Position numbers and translations under genes: made by a program. A DNA stretch of 63,096 bases, the filler included, from Reticulomyxa filosa (taxonomy: Eukaryota; Protista; Foraminifera): assembly GCA_000512085.1 (NCBI GenBank). It is 20 parts of 20 records of this genome, joined end to end, with 100 filler letters (N's around TTAATTAATTAA, not from the genome) between each part and the next. Parts side by side here need not be neighbours in the genome. Positions count along the whole stretch, not along the records: positions 34,822 to 39,814 come from ASPP01020352.1; positions 39,915 to 41,731 come from ASPP01039106.1; positions 41,832 to 51,328 come from ASPP01011021.1; 17 more parts are not named here. One strand, given 5' to 3'. The notes beneath the pieces were generated by a model. The model saw only the letters and a program-made list of their open reading frames with translations, ran no database searches and had not been told where the DNA came from. Below are positions 36,895 to 50,739 of the stretch, in pieces; within the stretch, counting starts at the first letter, position 1; each line of letters starts with the position of its first letter.

Positions 36895-39708
36895 AGTGCG
36901 TGCACAACATGAAGCACAATGTGGACAAAAGGTTTTTTGTAACCTTGTAATCAGTTTTGTGTGAACCTTGCCAAATAAACATAAAGATGCATAAATGATA
37001 GATCTAGTGTGTGCCTTCAGTGAGGGATGCCGAGGGACGATTGTAGAAGTGAAAAAACTGTCTAATTCAGACATTCACTTAACGTACCACGTCGGCAGCG
37101 GCTATCAATACAAAACGGTATCGCTTCAACAAGATGATATTGTAATCGCAGGGAGCTATGCCGGACTTCTCAGGTGCGTTGTAAATTGAATTGATAAGGA
37201 TGACTGCTGTCTATTTGTCTATGCATTTTATTTGAATTTTTAAAGATTTTTTTAAAATCGAGTGAAATGACATTTGCGATGAACAAACAGATTTGTTGGT
37301 CCTCTGGCGCCTCAACATAACCCTAAAGAAGCGTTGTACATTGGATTGGAATGCTTTGCAAAAATCAGAGAGGGGAATCAAGGGTCCATAGACAGTATAC
37401 ACTACTTCGAAAACAAATACGGACGTAACACCGGTGTTCTCATACCCTTCAGTGAGTTCAAGTGCAAGCTGACATGTTATGAGACCGTGACATGGTTCAT
37501 CAATCAATATTTGGAATTGCATTCTCAGCTTAATAGGTGTATTGTCATTACTTTTATTTATTTATTTTGTTAATCTACACAATAATAACATCTTACCACT
37601 GCTTTTTTTTTTTTTTTTTTGAGTTGAGGGACGCTTTTTGCTCTAGTGCTACAAATATCCTTTTTTTTTTTTTTCTTTTTCCTTGATCCCTTATTTTTGC
37701 AGCTGTCAAAAAACGCTAGCATCACGCTTGGAGAATGAAGAAGGTGACTCTCGCAGAAGTTCTTTGTCGGACTCTTCCATATCTAACCAATCTATTATGA
37801 GCCACTCTTCCAAAATTTCCCATTCCAGTTGAATTGTGTTGTTTATTATTATTATTATTATTTTTTTTTTTGGTCTTAATTTACTCATTTATTTTCATGT
37901 GCTCATTTATTCATTGACAATTCCCAAGGCCACTTAAAAAAAAAAAAAAAAAAAAAAATGTACATTGGATTGATTTGTGTCGTATATACTTGAAGAAAGT
38001 ATCGGTGGAAACGAGCGACAGTATCAAAAAAAAGCCCAAGCCAAGTTTTTTTTTTTTTTAATATCATACAACTTTTTTTTTTTTTTTGGATCGGTGTATA
38101 ATTTTTTTTTTTTTTTAAAAAAAAAAAGAGGAAGTCCATGGCCTGTTTCGGGCAGTAAGTGCGGGGTCACCCACCCGACATCGGGAGGTCCAGTTGGACA
38201 ACGGGTTTCCGGATGTGAGGAACATAGACATTGAGCCAATTGTCAATGAGACGTCAAAGTCGAACAAGAGGAGAGACAGAAGGAATGACGAGGATGATGA
38301 TACGTATAACGAGCAAAATCACCCCGACGACGATGACAAACATTTGCCGTTCATAACGCGCAAAGACTCGATTGGCAGTAGCTCGAGCGACGAAGGGAAA
38401 AGTCCAAGTTTGAACGGACACATAAATCATCGAGATATGGTGAGTTCGATTGTAGCAAGCCAGGTCAGTTCGACAGTATCCAGTCCAGTGAACACAGTAG
38501 GTAGTAATGAACGCGTGAATTCACGAAGATCGTCTTTGCACAACCATGCACGACGGCATTCTCGAAACTCTTCCCCTCCCCCGAACGACGACCAAGGATG
38601 GGTATGGACGTATTCTGATTACGAATCCGAACCGGACCTGTCCTCTGTTGCTGTTACTGCTTCGCGTGGGACGAATGTTGGAAAAGGGGACGCCGCGACA
38701 ATAACAACGGCAATGACGGCACTACATAAACATGGTGATCACAAGCCGCATGCCAAAAAAAATTCCAATAAAAAGACTAGAGATACTCAGCCGTTTGAAC
38801 ACGACCCGAAAGACAATCCGCCACCGCCATCACTGCCACCATCACTTTCGGAATCAAATACACATAAAAAACAAAAACATCCCGTCACATCTGTTTCCAA
38901 CACTGCAACCAGGTCCAGCCAATACGAAACTGGATATGAACATAGAAATGGAGAGAATAAGGGAAATGAATATATAAATGCAAATGCAAATATAAGTATA
39001 AATATAAATACAAATGTAAATACAAATATAAATGCAAATATAAATACAAATACAAGTGCAAATACAAATAATGCTAATGTTAATGCTACGAATACTACTA
39101 GCAACACCAATGGCAATATGCATACTGGTATGAATCCAAGCGACTATACCAATGCTAACGTTCGAACGAAAACAAAAGTAACTAAAAAGAGAACCGTACA
39201 TAACGAAAAGGAAAATAAAAGCAATAGCCAAAATGCAAAGAGAATTGCATCGAAAAAGAAAAAGAAACACAAGGAGAGTGGCAGTTACAAGGAACGTCAC
39301 GAAACAAATAAAATGCCGCCAAGAGATAATCGAAGATCTTTTGTTGTGTCGAGGCAAGATCATCGCAAAGAAAGCGAAACCGCTCAAATCCTTGAAAGGT
39401 TTGCAATTCCTCTCATTACAATTTTGAAGATTTGTGTGTGTGTGTGTGTCTTATTGGATTACATCACAACAAGAATTTTTTTTTTTTTCAAACGCTTACA
39501 ACAGACAGTTTTCTGGATTGAGCCAAACTGAAAAAGTTACATTTTATCGAATTCAAGCGAAAAAGTCACACGGTATTTCTATGAACGATTTAATGTTAAA
39601 GTTTGGCATCAATCAACCCTTTTACACCGAGGAAAGAGAAAACACTGAAGAATATCGTGTTGTTGTTGCAGATTTTGATGAGTTCCAAAAAGCTGAAATG
39701 GTACTTTA

Positions 39709-39746
<38 letters not shown>

Positions 39747-39790
39747 CGAAAATAAACTATATGAGTCAATGATAAGTTCTGTCTCAAATT
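36895..39790 (+). CDS. Multi-exon CAP-Gly domain protein with long disordered region, partial
   Basis: Splicing 37173/37291 yields GSYAGLLRFVGPLAPQHNPKEALYIGLECFAKIREGNQGSIDSIHYFENKYGRNTGVLIP, a CAP-Gly pattern; large S/N-rich exon at about 38131-39430. Confidence 0.65.
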
Positions 39791-39914
39791 CTTGTTGTAT
39801 GTGTGTGTGTGGGTNNNNNNNNNNNNNNNNNNNNNNNNNNNNNNNNNNNNNNNNNNNNTTAATTAATTAANNNNNNNNNNNNNNNNNNNNNNNNNNNNNN
39901 NNNNNNNNNNNNNN

Positions 39915-39951
<37 letters not shown>

Positions 39952-41143
39952 ATATGTAATATAATGCTCTATAGTCAAAATCAGTACAAACAAAAAGACT
40001 CGGAACTTTTTTTGCGATATCTACATCCGACTCCATTCTGTCTATACAAACAAACAAACAAACAAACAAACAAAATGTGGTGAGAAAGACAAAAAGGGAA
40101 TACTGTATTGTCGAAAGGACCTTCCAAAGACAAAGACAATTTTTCAGGAGACGCAGTGGCTCTGTATTCGGTGCGTGCAACGGGGTCGCTGTCCGGAAGA
40201 CCTTTGCTGTTTCGACCCAATGGCTTGGAGTCATTGTCCGTTCTGTTCATGCGACTTTCGATTCCTCCGAGTTTTCCTGCGTTGTTTTGGATATTGGACC
40301 CATTGCTATTATTGTTACTGTTACCAGTAGTGATGGGAAGGCTATACGTCCGATGAAGAGAACCGGGAGATGTCGGTAGTTGAGCCATTTGAGATTGAGA
40401 TTGGGATTGCGATTGGGATTGGGATTGCGATTGGGATTGCGATTGGGATTGCGATTGCGATTGCGATTGCGATTGCGATTGCAATGGTGGTGACGATGTG
40501 AAATCACGTCCAAATGATTTAGCTCGGCTAAACAAAGGTCTATTCTTTTCCACTCCTTCGACTTCGCTGCTGCTGCTTGCTTTCGATTTCAATTCACTTT
40601 CATTCATTCGCAAACGGGGAGATGTCGGTCTGCTTGACACTCCCGTCACACTGCTCGTCGATGCGCTCTCGTTCGATTGTCTCAACACGTCTTTCGTGTG
40701 CACCCATTCCAATCCCTCACTCGGCGCAATTTCGAAATGTTGACACAATGCGGAGTACATTGTCGAGGGGCAAGACTTTTTGTGCAAGCATTTCACATTT
40801 TTTGTTTTTTTTTGTTTTGTTTTTTTTTGTTTTGTTTTGTTTTGTTTGAGATTTTCCTTTTTGTTTCTAAGAAATCCCTTGCAAATGCATTTGCGTGTGT
40901 ATGCTTATGTGTGTGTGTGTGTGTGTAGGGTCTATTCAATGTTGTAACTTTGTTCAGAGCCTTTCTTACAAACTCACAAAATTCTGACTCTTTCAGTTTA
41001 CCATCTTTGTCCAGGTCACATTCGTCAAATATACTTTTTAGTCTTTGTAGCTTTTTGTTTCGTCAGACCACAACACAGCAAACACATCATCGAGGGGGAA
41101 AAATATAGTAAAACACAAAAAAAGTAAAACTTACTTGGGTCAT
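39915..41143 (-). CDS. EF-hand protein with (SQ)n tract, 3'-partial, spliced
   Basis: Exon LQRLKSIFDECDLDKDGKLKESEFCEFVRK has a canonical EF loop; downstream Ser-rich exon. Confidence 0.7.
40391..40482 (-). repeat. Coding hexamer repeat (TCNCAA)n encoding (SQ)n
   Basis: gattgc/gattgg/gattga units on the plus strand. Confidence 0.9.
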
Positions 41144-41575
41144 GATATCGCAGGAAGAACTTCTGGAATTTCCCACCACAATCTTTGTTGGGGCTAAAAA
41201 AATATTTTTTTTTTTAGAAGTTGCACTGCAAACAAATTAAGAAATAGATTCTGATAGTGAATGTGAATTCCTTTGTAAATCAGCTTTATAAAAATTTAAC
41301 TCGTGGTTCTGTGGAATATTTGATTTTTTTATTTATTTCAGTGATCGCCAAATATGCCAATAACCTTCTTCACAATAAAATAGAAAGCAATCAACTGGAT
41401 TGTAAATCCAAAAGAGGTGCTTGTAACGGGCAGTTTCGAGAAAGTAAAAAACTCAGCTGAAGAACTTTTTTTTGTGCTGAACACATGTCATTGATTTCCA
41501 AAAATAAACAAAATTTCCACTTGTGATAAGTGCCTCGTAAAAAAAAATTAAAGAAGCAAAAATTTGAATTTTAGA

Positions 41576-41712
41576 ATGAGTTTAGCCTTCGACAATGAAT
41601 GGTCACTGAATGATTCGCAACACACTGACGACTCGTATGCCGAAACGTACCATTCCTCTTCGCCCTCGAATTCTGAAGTGAACGACAATGGTTTTGAAAA
41701 TCACTTGCGGAA
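41576..41712 (+). CDS. First exon of an unknown gene (divergent from the EF-hand gene)
   Basis: ATG..MSLAFDNEWSLNDSQH.. followed by GTAAGT donor at the contig end. Confidence 0.45.
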
Positions 41713-41831
41713 GTAAGTAAAAAAAAAATTTNNNNNNNNNNNNNNNNNNNNNNNNNNNNNNNNNNNNNNNNNNNNTTAATTAATTAANNNNNNNNNNNNN
41801 NNNNNNNNNNNNNNNNNNNNNNNNNNNNNNN

Positions 41832-43314
41832 AATATTGATAACGAAGAAAATAGTGAGATTTGTATTCCATATAACCGCAATGGCGGCTATGCACGAAAG
41901 AAAATCATCTTGTACAACAAAGAGTGGACCGAGTTATGCAGCACGCTGAGCGAGTTTGATCACTTGCCGGAGGTGTACCAACTGCATACAAGCATGATTG
42001 CTGATCGCGAACAGATGCTCGAAAAGAACATGTGTGAGGTTGTCATTCGCAACCAACTGACCATTCATGGCGTTCTCACGTCCATCAAAGAATTACTGCG
42101 CAATGCGTCTTTGGACGTAAACATTGAAACATCCACTAACGTACCCGTCAATCGCACCTTTGGCAATTTGGAAATGAGCGACACAACCGACTGCGTCGTC
42201 AAGTTTTTAATCCCCAGCGAGGCCACAAGAATCAACCTGACGTTCAAAGCCAAGATCCGCAAAATCGACGAGTCCACCGAAGATGTGGTGAAGACTGAAT
42301 CGTATGCAATCAACACGATAAACAGTACCAACCAAATCATCTGCTTCCATCTGCTGCCTTGGAAGTATTTGAAGACAGGAGGCAATTGGCTCATGCCCTG
42401 GAAAAAGGAAAAAAACACGGCGCATTATCGCATCTTTGTGACGGGTAAAAACGGTGAGAAATTGGTGGGGCAAAAATGTACGGTGGAATTGTATCATTAC
42501 TTGTATCCTTCCTCGCTCTCCTACAGTTGCGAGACAGATGAACAAGGTTACATTGACCTGCGTGATATGAATGGTGTGACAAGTGTAGCAATATCGTCAT
42601 CACTGTCAGCCAATGGAGGAGGAGGAGATGGTTCAGCACATTGGTCATTGCGTACAGAGAATTGCTTATTCTCCACCACTTATCATATTAAGGAAAATGA
42701 TTCTTTAGATATCCCGTATTTCACGTATCGCAATACGTATAACAAAAGCGACGAACAAGACATGAAGTACTTGCTGATGGACAAAAACTACAGCTGCCAC
42801 TTTGGCAACTGCGTGAGATACAAAGACAACTACTTCAAGATCGCCGGCCTGAAGCGCGGCGAGTACGTGCTGCGTGCAGACGCCGATGCCTTGACATGCA
42901 ATATTATAGTGGCGGGCTCCTCCAAGGCAAGAGAACAAGACGGCGAGGAGGAGGAGGAGAAGAAGAAGAAGAAGGAAGAAAAGGAGGGCAAAGCAGACGT
43001 GAACACGTGCGCGGAGTTTGAAAGTGGCAAAGACAGATTCTGCATCGACGAGGACGTGTGCTATCAACTGAGCGACAACACGTCTCTTCAAATCACGCAA
43101 ATCGACGAAAAGAAACGAAGAGTCTATCTCAGCGGCGTCAAATACGGCGGCAAGTGGACCAAGGTCCATCTTTGGGCCACGCATTTCATCCCCGGGTTCA
43201 GTCCCTACAATCAGCTTAAAAAAATCGGTACGCGCACGTCGGACCTTACCAAATACACTACCAATCCATCCATGTATTGTCGCACAAGAACAATTAGTGA
43301 AGAATACAGGTTAA

Positions 43315-43349
<35 letters not shown>

Positions 43350-46300
43350 GGAAAAATTTTTTTTTGTTGTAACATTTTAAAAAAAAAAAAAAACCAAAAA
43401 AAACTTGATAGATACGTACTTGAACGTGCAAATGCGTTGCAATTCATTGGAAACAACTTGCAAAAGCCCTCACTGTTGATCCGTCCGTTTAGTGAAAAAT
43501 CGACGCGAACGGAGACACAGACGGCGAAGGGAGGTGGACACATTGAGCAGAAAGTGTACGCGGACAATGTGACGGCGCAGCGTGGGGGATTGCATTTTGC
43601 GCAAGCAGGGGACCAGGTGTCGGATGGAGGAGCACCGGTGTTGGAATTTTTAGGAAATTTCCCGGGCGTCGGCGTGTACAACTTAAAGTGTCAAGAGAGC
43701 GGTGAAAGCAAGGAAGGAGAGTGGTTCGTGGAGATCCCCAAGGAAATCGGCAACGACAATCACAACGTGTGGACGATCGTGGCGGTGGACGACAGATACT
43801 TTAGCACGCAAATGTATATCTGCAGCAACAAGAACAAAGATAAGTACAAGTATCGCGATTGCCGATTGAACCCAGGGTTGAATCCGAGCAAGCATTTTAT
43901 CGAAAAGCGCGAGATCGAGTTGCTGCGAGATAGTAAGAAGGACAAAGTGGTGATCGAAGACTTTAAGACATCGCAGGCCGAAGTGTTTGAAAGCATTGAG
44001 CATATTTTCGTACTGTACAAAAACATAACGAAGAACACCGCGTTGGATGAGTGGACATTCCTCTACGAGTGGGAAACCATAGACTTGGCCGCCAAGCTGA
44101 AAAAATGGAATCAATACATGAGTCACGAGTTCAACTTTTTTATGTATTGGAAAGACCGGTCGTTCTTTGAGACGTATATCAAACCTTTGATCAAAAGCAA
44201 AGTGCACAAAACGTTTTTCGACTATTGGTTTTTAGGCGATACCAAAGAGTTGGAAAAGTACACCTCTCTGGGCTACTTTAAGAAACTGAACGCGCTGGAA
44301 CAAATCCTGCTCAGCTTTGCCTTCAAAAACAAACAGGGCAAGAAATTTGTCGACCATTTCACCGACAAGCAAAAAGGAATTAAAGTGGACCCTCTGCAAT
44401 TGAAAAAGCTCTTTGAAACCGCCTTAGCTGATCGCAACTTTGCTGAAGATATCATTGATACATATGATGGTGATAATGCGGTAACAGTTCTTTCTTTTGT
44501 TCAAACGCACGGCTACACTTTGTTGTTCTTGCAAAAAAAAAAAATAAAACAATGTCCATATATACATATATATATATATAATCCATTCGCTGTTTTTGTG
44601 ATCATCTGTACCGATCGTGCGGTAATTGGGGGATGTCCCCACAATATTACCACACCTATGCAGGAAATGATGGCAGAAGATATGGCATTCATGCAGGCGG
44701 ATGTTGCACAGGATTGGCACAATGAAGAAGAAGAAAAAGCATGTGATGATGAAGATGAAATGTATGAATGTGAAAAAGAAGAAATTCAGCTTGAAACAGC
44801 TGTGCTGTCTCGATCCGCCGCCGCAGCCCCAGCCTCAGCTCGAGCCCCAGCTCGAAAGGCTATGGCTGCTATGCCTGCTATGGCTATGGCTATGCCTCAG
44901 AAGCAGATGCTTGGCATGATGCAATCTAAAGAAATGAAATCTAAAGAAATGCACTTTGACGAGGCTCAACTGTCGCTATCGGTGGAACAGGACTTTGCGA
45001 GTGGAGTTAATAATTGCAACAATCCTTTATTTATGTTCATTTGCTTTTTTCGATTACATATACATATACATACATATGTATAATTTTTATAAAAATATTC
45101 CATATATTTATATATGTGTGTGTGTAGGAATGGCAACAAGAGGATAAGAAAGAAATAGTCTTTGGGAAAAGAAAGCCGCCGCCTCCAGATGATGGCAAGG
45201 ATGATGGATACTTTGATCGCGATTTGCGATACCGTGCAATTGGACCCAAGTTGTTCGAAGAGCTGGAAAACACAAAGGAGTTTCAGGAGACGCAATACTA
45301 CAAACTCGGATACGACAAAGACACAGTGTCGTTAATCCCTTGGAACCACTTTTGGTGTGACCTCGCTCTCCATTTGCTGGCCGATGACTTTTCTTCCAGA
45401 AAGCCTTTCGTCTCACAGCACTTTGCAGTCCCAACCTCGTGTCCGACCGAAATGCTTCTCGCCTTGGCTGTCCTTGATCTGCCTCTTCAAAGTCGTTCCG
45501 ACAATGTGGCCCGAGACAAGAACTTTGAAACAATGCAAATGGTATGTTATTATTAAAAGAGAGAAAGAGGGGGGGGAGGGGGGGAAGAGAAGAAAAGATA
45601 TGTAAACTTTTTATGATTATTACACATATGTACATATATATATATATATATATGTACACATATAACTACGTATACTTAATACGGTATTAGACCATTCGAA
45701 GCGTGACACCTTCTGTAGTACTAATGAAGCAACTTGCACAAACGGACAAAGTGTCATTGCGCGTCCAAGTGTCAATGCACTACTTTGACCCGAACGACCA
45801 GACGGAGATAGTGAAAGGAGAAACGCGAGACAAGTTTGTGCCTGCCAACCAGTTGCGACCAACAAAGATCTACGGCTGTCGGGCGATCATTACGAACGGG
45901 AGCAGCGCGCAAATGAACAACTTGGAAACATTGTACCAAATCCCGACGGGAAGCATTCCTATGAACAATAGTCGATGGACGTTGACCGAGTTCCGAAGTA
46001 TATCTTCGTACTCGATAGAGATCATCGAGTTTTACTTTTATTTCCCGACGACTGGAAAATTCCGGCATTTTCCTGTCCAGATCAGTCGAGGAGGCGAAAT
46101 CCTGGGTGTGGCGAGCAACGTGAGCGAAATTGTGGTTTCGATCCCGCAGGAGCAAAAGACAGTCAACGAGGAAAACTGGTTGGAAGTGGCGGCAAGCGGA
46201 GATCTGAACACGGTAGTGAAGTACCTATCCCAAAACAGCATATCAAACACAAACTTGAGAGAAATTTACTATTACTTGAGAGATGCAAAGTGGTATCGAG

Positions 46301-47673
46301 CTATTGTCGACTTGTTGTCGTCGAAGCAATACTTTGACAGTTCGGTGTGGAGATACAGCTTGGTGCATCGCAATCTCAAAGACCTGAGCGACTTTATCAC
46401 GTTCAATAGCGCCTCGTTGGCCGACAATATATGGAAACCAAGCTTTTTTAGCGACTGGTTCAATTATGACGAATGGGACGATCATAAAGACACGTATCTG
46501 GAATACTTCCCACTGATCAACGCGCGAAGTCATCCTTTGGGCACGCAAAAAAAGATTCTCAACGATGGGTTGCTGCGCACATACCAAAAGTTTTTGCGAC
46601 GAGTCGCGTTCCAAAGCGGCGCTCTCAAAGACATGTCCTGGGTGCAAAAGCTGCAGGCGTGCTATTATCTGCTGCTCCAAGATCGCGTCACAGAAGCGGT
46701 GCTGCTGTTCAAAGAGTACATTGACAAGCCCAAGGAACATGCCACGCTTATGAAGGAGTATCAGGTCTTGTACGACTACGTCAAGGCATACTTATCTTTA
46801 TTCGACGAAGGCGATGCGACGTGCAGTCAGGCCAGAGACATTGCAAGAAAATGGAAGGATGATAGTACCTTGCCTTTGAACAAGCAGAAACTGTTTGACG
46901 ATATCATTTATCAGGTGAATGAATTAACATTTGATAACAACAACAACAACAAGAGGGATGAAGAAAAGAAGGAGGTCGAAAAGATGGACGAGGTAAATGA
47001 AGCTGTTCTTGGCGAACGCAATCGTCGAATGGATGCAGAGGCCAATGCGCAACCCTCGATCGCATTTGAAATTGAAAATCGACGACTCGTTTTCAATGTC
47101 ATGCAAATTGAAAAAGTCGCTGTCAACTTTTACAAAATGGATATCGAGTTACTCTTTTCCATGTCTCCGTTCCTCGAAAAAGACCGCATTGGAGATTCCG
47201 TCAATGTGTTTTCGTTCATTCAACCCAACGAAACCATCGATGTCAACTTCACTTCCAACAACGATGCGTCCACGTTCATCACCACTCATCAGGTTGAGCT
47301 GCCCAAGTCATTGTGGCATGGAAACATGTATTGCGAGGTGGTGGTGAAGAGTCCGTCCAAGTTTATGAGCACGCGCTCGCTGTGTCAACCTTTTTATGAC
47401 AATCGATTGCTCGTTCAAATTAAAGAAAATTTTGGACAATTAAAAACTTTGGACAAAGAAACCAAAAAACCTCTTCGAAAATGTTATGTGAAGGTGTATG
47501 GACTCGTCGATGGAGCTCCTAAATTCCACAAAGATGGATACACTGATCGTAGGGGAGTGTTTGATTATGTTAATGTGTCCTGCGACCATTTGACACGAAC
47601 CACGAAATTTGCCATTTTAGTACACTCCAAAGATTGCGGCTCACTTGTTGAGACCGTGAATGTACCTTTGTAA
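41832..47673 (+). CDS. Very large uncharacterised protein resembling Dictyostelium AbpF / bacterial ~2000-aa hypothetical family, 5'-partial; introns 43310-43411, 44481-44663, 45006-45127, 45542-45690
   Basis: All four introns restore one frame; C-terminal KPLRKCYVKVY...FHKDGYTDRRGVFDY...KFAILV, EYFPLINARSH and EEYRYVLER..GNNLQKPSLL match my recollection of this family. Confidence 0.75.
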
Positions 47674-48226
47674 AGCAAACATCCCCAAATCACAAAATAT
47701 TTGTAAAGTGAAAACAGGGCAAAGGGGATAAGAAAATATAAAATATTTGATCGGTTTTCAAATGTTGAAATAACTTCAACATTTTGTAACATATCCAATA
47801 TATTCATTATATTTGGATCAAATGACAAACTAAATTCCTTGCAAAATGATTTTTAAAAAATCTTAAATAAACATTGTTTCATTTTTGCTAACTTTTCAGA
47901 TTTTTATTGTGCATATAATATGCAAACAAAAGGTTGTAAGAACGTAGAATATTTATGTCTGCAAAATTTTTTAAAATTATTCATTTTCGGCATTGTTATC
48001 ACGAATGAATTACCAGAGCGATTCCTTAACTTTTTTAAAGTTTTCAAAAATAAAAAAAATGCTAATCAATTTGGTTTTTTTTAACTATACATAAATTTCC
48101 TCTATATAAAATCATCAGAAAACCGCAAAAGATTCGCGACTGTTTTTAACACGCAACTACATTTTTTTGTTGTACGTAAACCCCGCAACAATTAAAAAGG
48201 GGAGACAAACCAAACAAAAGTAAAAG

Positions 48227-49275
48227 ATGTCTTTGAATGCCCAAAAATTGGGCTTCCATTCGCAAACGGAACTATCACTTGTTCTTGTGGCCAATTTTTT
48301 GTGCGCCTTGTATTGTCTTTGGTTGTTGTATGTAGTCTGGCACAACCTGTGGACAGAGACAAGAGAAAGAGTGGACAGCGATCTAGTCAAAGAAATTCAG
48401 CTGTCCACACGAAAAGGTACAACTGACACAAGTGTAAGCATAGCCACATCAGACCAGGATAGAAAGAGACCAGTAGTTGATAACCGAATCAAATGGATTG
48501 TAACATTGTATATACTTGGTGGTTTCTTCAACTGTGTCGGGACTGTAGTTGAACCTCTAATCTATGGATTAGTGGACTCCCCAGGACAAGCATGTCCGCA
48601 TGCATTACACATAGTATACTTACGTACGTTCACTGAAGGGATGTTTTATTCATTTTACCTGATCCGCGCTGTGGTCATTCTCCAAGGAAGTGCCTTTGCA
48701 GTATCCAAATGTCTCCAATACTTTCTTGTCATTGCTCCTGTCGTCACTTTTGGTTGTATCTTCTTTGTTCACAATTTACGTGAGCAATTCAACAACTGCA
48801 ATGAAACTGGTATTAATGCTTTCTTAATTATTCTGTCACTTATTATTGCTCAAATTTTTTGGAATATCACATTATTTGCCTTTTTGGTTTATCATGTCTA
48901 TAAAGTTATACGTACTATATATATATATGTTTATGTACATGATATGGTTGAAAATAAAAACAGTCTCATTACTTATTTGTAATGAGTTGTTAATAATTCC
49001 GTGCTAAAAAAAAAAAAAAAAAGGTAGCAAACTTGGCGTCGATGGTAGATGACCAATGTCAAAAGGACTTGAAAGAATATCTGAAAAAGTTATTACGGCT
49101 GTTTTTGGTTTCCCAATGCTCTGCACTGGTTTTGTATGTGGTATTGTCTGTGCCGAGTTGGAGTGAAGCCCTTTGGACAGTGGTTGACATCGACCTTTGT
49201 GTCAATTGTTCTACTATGCTGTTGTCCTTTGCCTTTGCAAAGCCCTTCTTCAATCGACTTTGTTTGTGTTCATAG
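48227..49275 (+). CDS. Orphan 7TM GPCR-like membrane protein; intron 48905-49023
   Basis: Spliced product of about 310 aa with seven hydrophobic segments, Cys at the start of TM3 and in ECL2, YLIRAVVIL at the TM3 end. Confidence 0.7.
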
Positions 49276-50739
49276 TAGCTTGTTGGGTCAGCACCTTTTT
49301 TACAAATAGTGGTAAATGATGGGGGAAGATTATGAGTAGAAGAAAAGAGGACATTTCTGGAATGGATGTTTCTTCTTGTAACAAAAAGTAAAGTAAAATT
49401 GTGTATTTTTTTCTGCCTTGTTTAGTTTTTTTCCTTTTCTTTTTTTTAATCAATTTTTCTTTTGTTCCTTCGTTTGTGGTCACACTCTCTATGGAACTGA
49501 ATTCACATCGTCATTGTCTTTTTTTAACTGTAAAGAACTATTCACAAACATCATCTTTTGTTATTGTTTAATTTATTTCAAAATAATCGAAGAAAAGATA
49601 AAAATGCAAATGTATGTTTCTTTTTTCTTTCCGCATATGTAAACCTCGCTGTTTGTTGAACAGTTTTGTGAAAACATTGACCGTAAAAATCGTCACGTAC
49701 ACAGAAACACAATTTAAGGAAAACGTATGTGTTTGGCTTGCAATTTACGTTATTGTGCAATATAAATGTGCGTAATTTTTTTCAATATGTTTTTGGTTTT
49801 TACTGATTAAATAAAAAAAACAAATCAAAAAATAAAAACATATTAGTTGATACTTTAGCTGGAAAACACCTTTGGATCTTTATTGTGGCAGTCAATTGGA
49901 GCAATACCTTACTTTTAGAGACATCAACATCCAAATGAAGCACCTTACGTTTGCGATAAGGTGATTCGATATAAATATAAGATATTGTTGTAAATTTTGC
50001 TTGTTTAAGCTTTTTGTTTTTTTTACAAGCAGTTATTTCTTTTTATGATTGTTGTGGTTTTCCTGCTGCTGAAAGAGGTGCGCAAACTGTAATACGAAAA
50101 GTTTTCGCTCTTTTGAGCAATTTAAAACAAAAGATTAACAAGATTCGACAAGTGAAAGAGGAAAGACAAGTCGTGAAAGTGATTAGTGCGTTGTTAGAAT
50201 AAAAGGTTCCAAAGTTCACTTGTAGTGCGAGAATTACTTATTACGACATCATGAGCAATAATAGTTTTGCAAAAACTTTGACTGGCAAAAATTATTAAGA
50301 TACAAAACACTAAAGAGAAAATCCAATATGAATAAGGTATTCACAATGTGTAACAACGCTTGATCTTTGCTTGAAAGAATTTTGAATAAGATTGAAGTAC
50401 TTTATAATTGATGATGAGATTACACATAGTGTTGCAATGTAAATTTAAGTATTTTTTTTACTAGTTGATTAAAAAAATTATCTACAAAAAAATAATTATG
50501 TGAAACTTTGATTCTAGAAACAATTGTGTTTTGTATTGTATTGTATAATGAAGAAATTTCAACATATCAATAACGTATTATATGCATTCAAACAATTTGA
50601 TAACCGCTGAAATTTTAGCGATTATTACCAAAAGAAAGACTTTGTATTTGGTGCTTATATTACTTATGTGATATTGTCATACAAATGGTAAGTGATTTTT
50701 ATTTTTTTTCAATTGAATAAAAAATTTAACAAAAAAAAT

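Noticed and set aside
43310-43411. Poly-lysine segment within the 1057-aa ORF
   Set aside because: In-frame 102-nt GT-AG intron; removal restores EEYRYVLER
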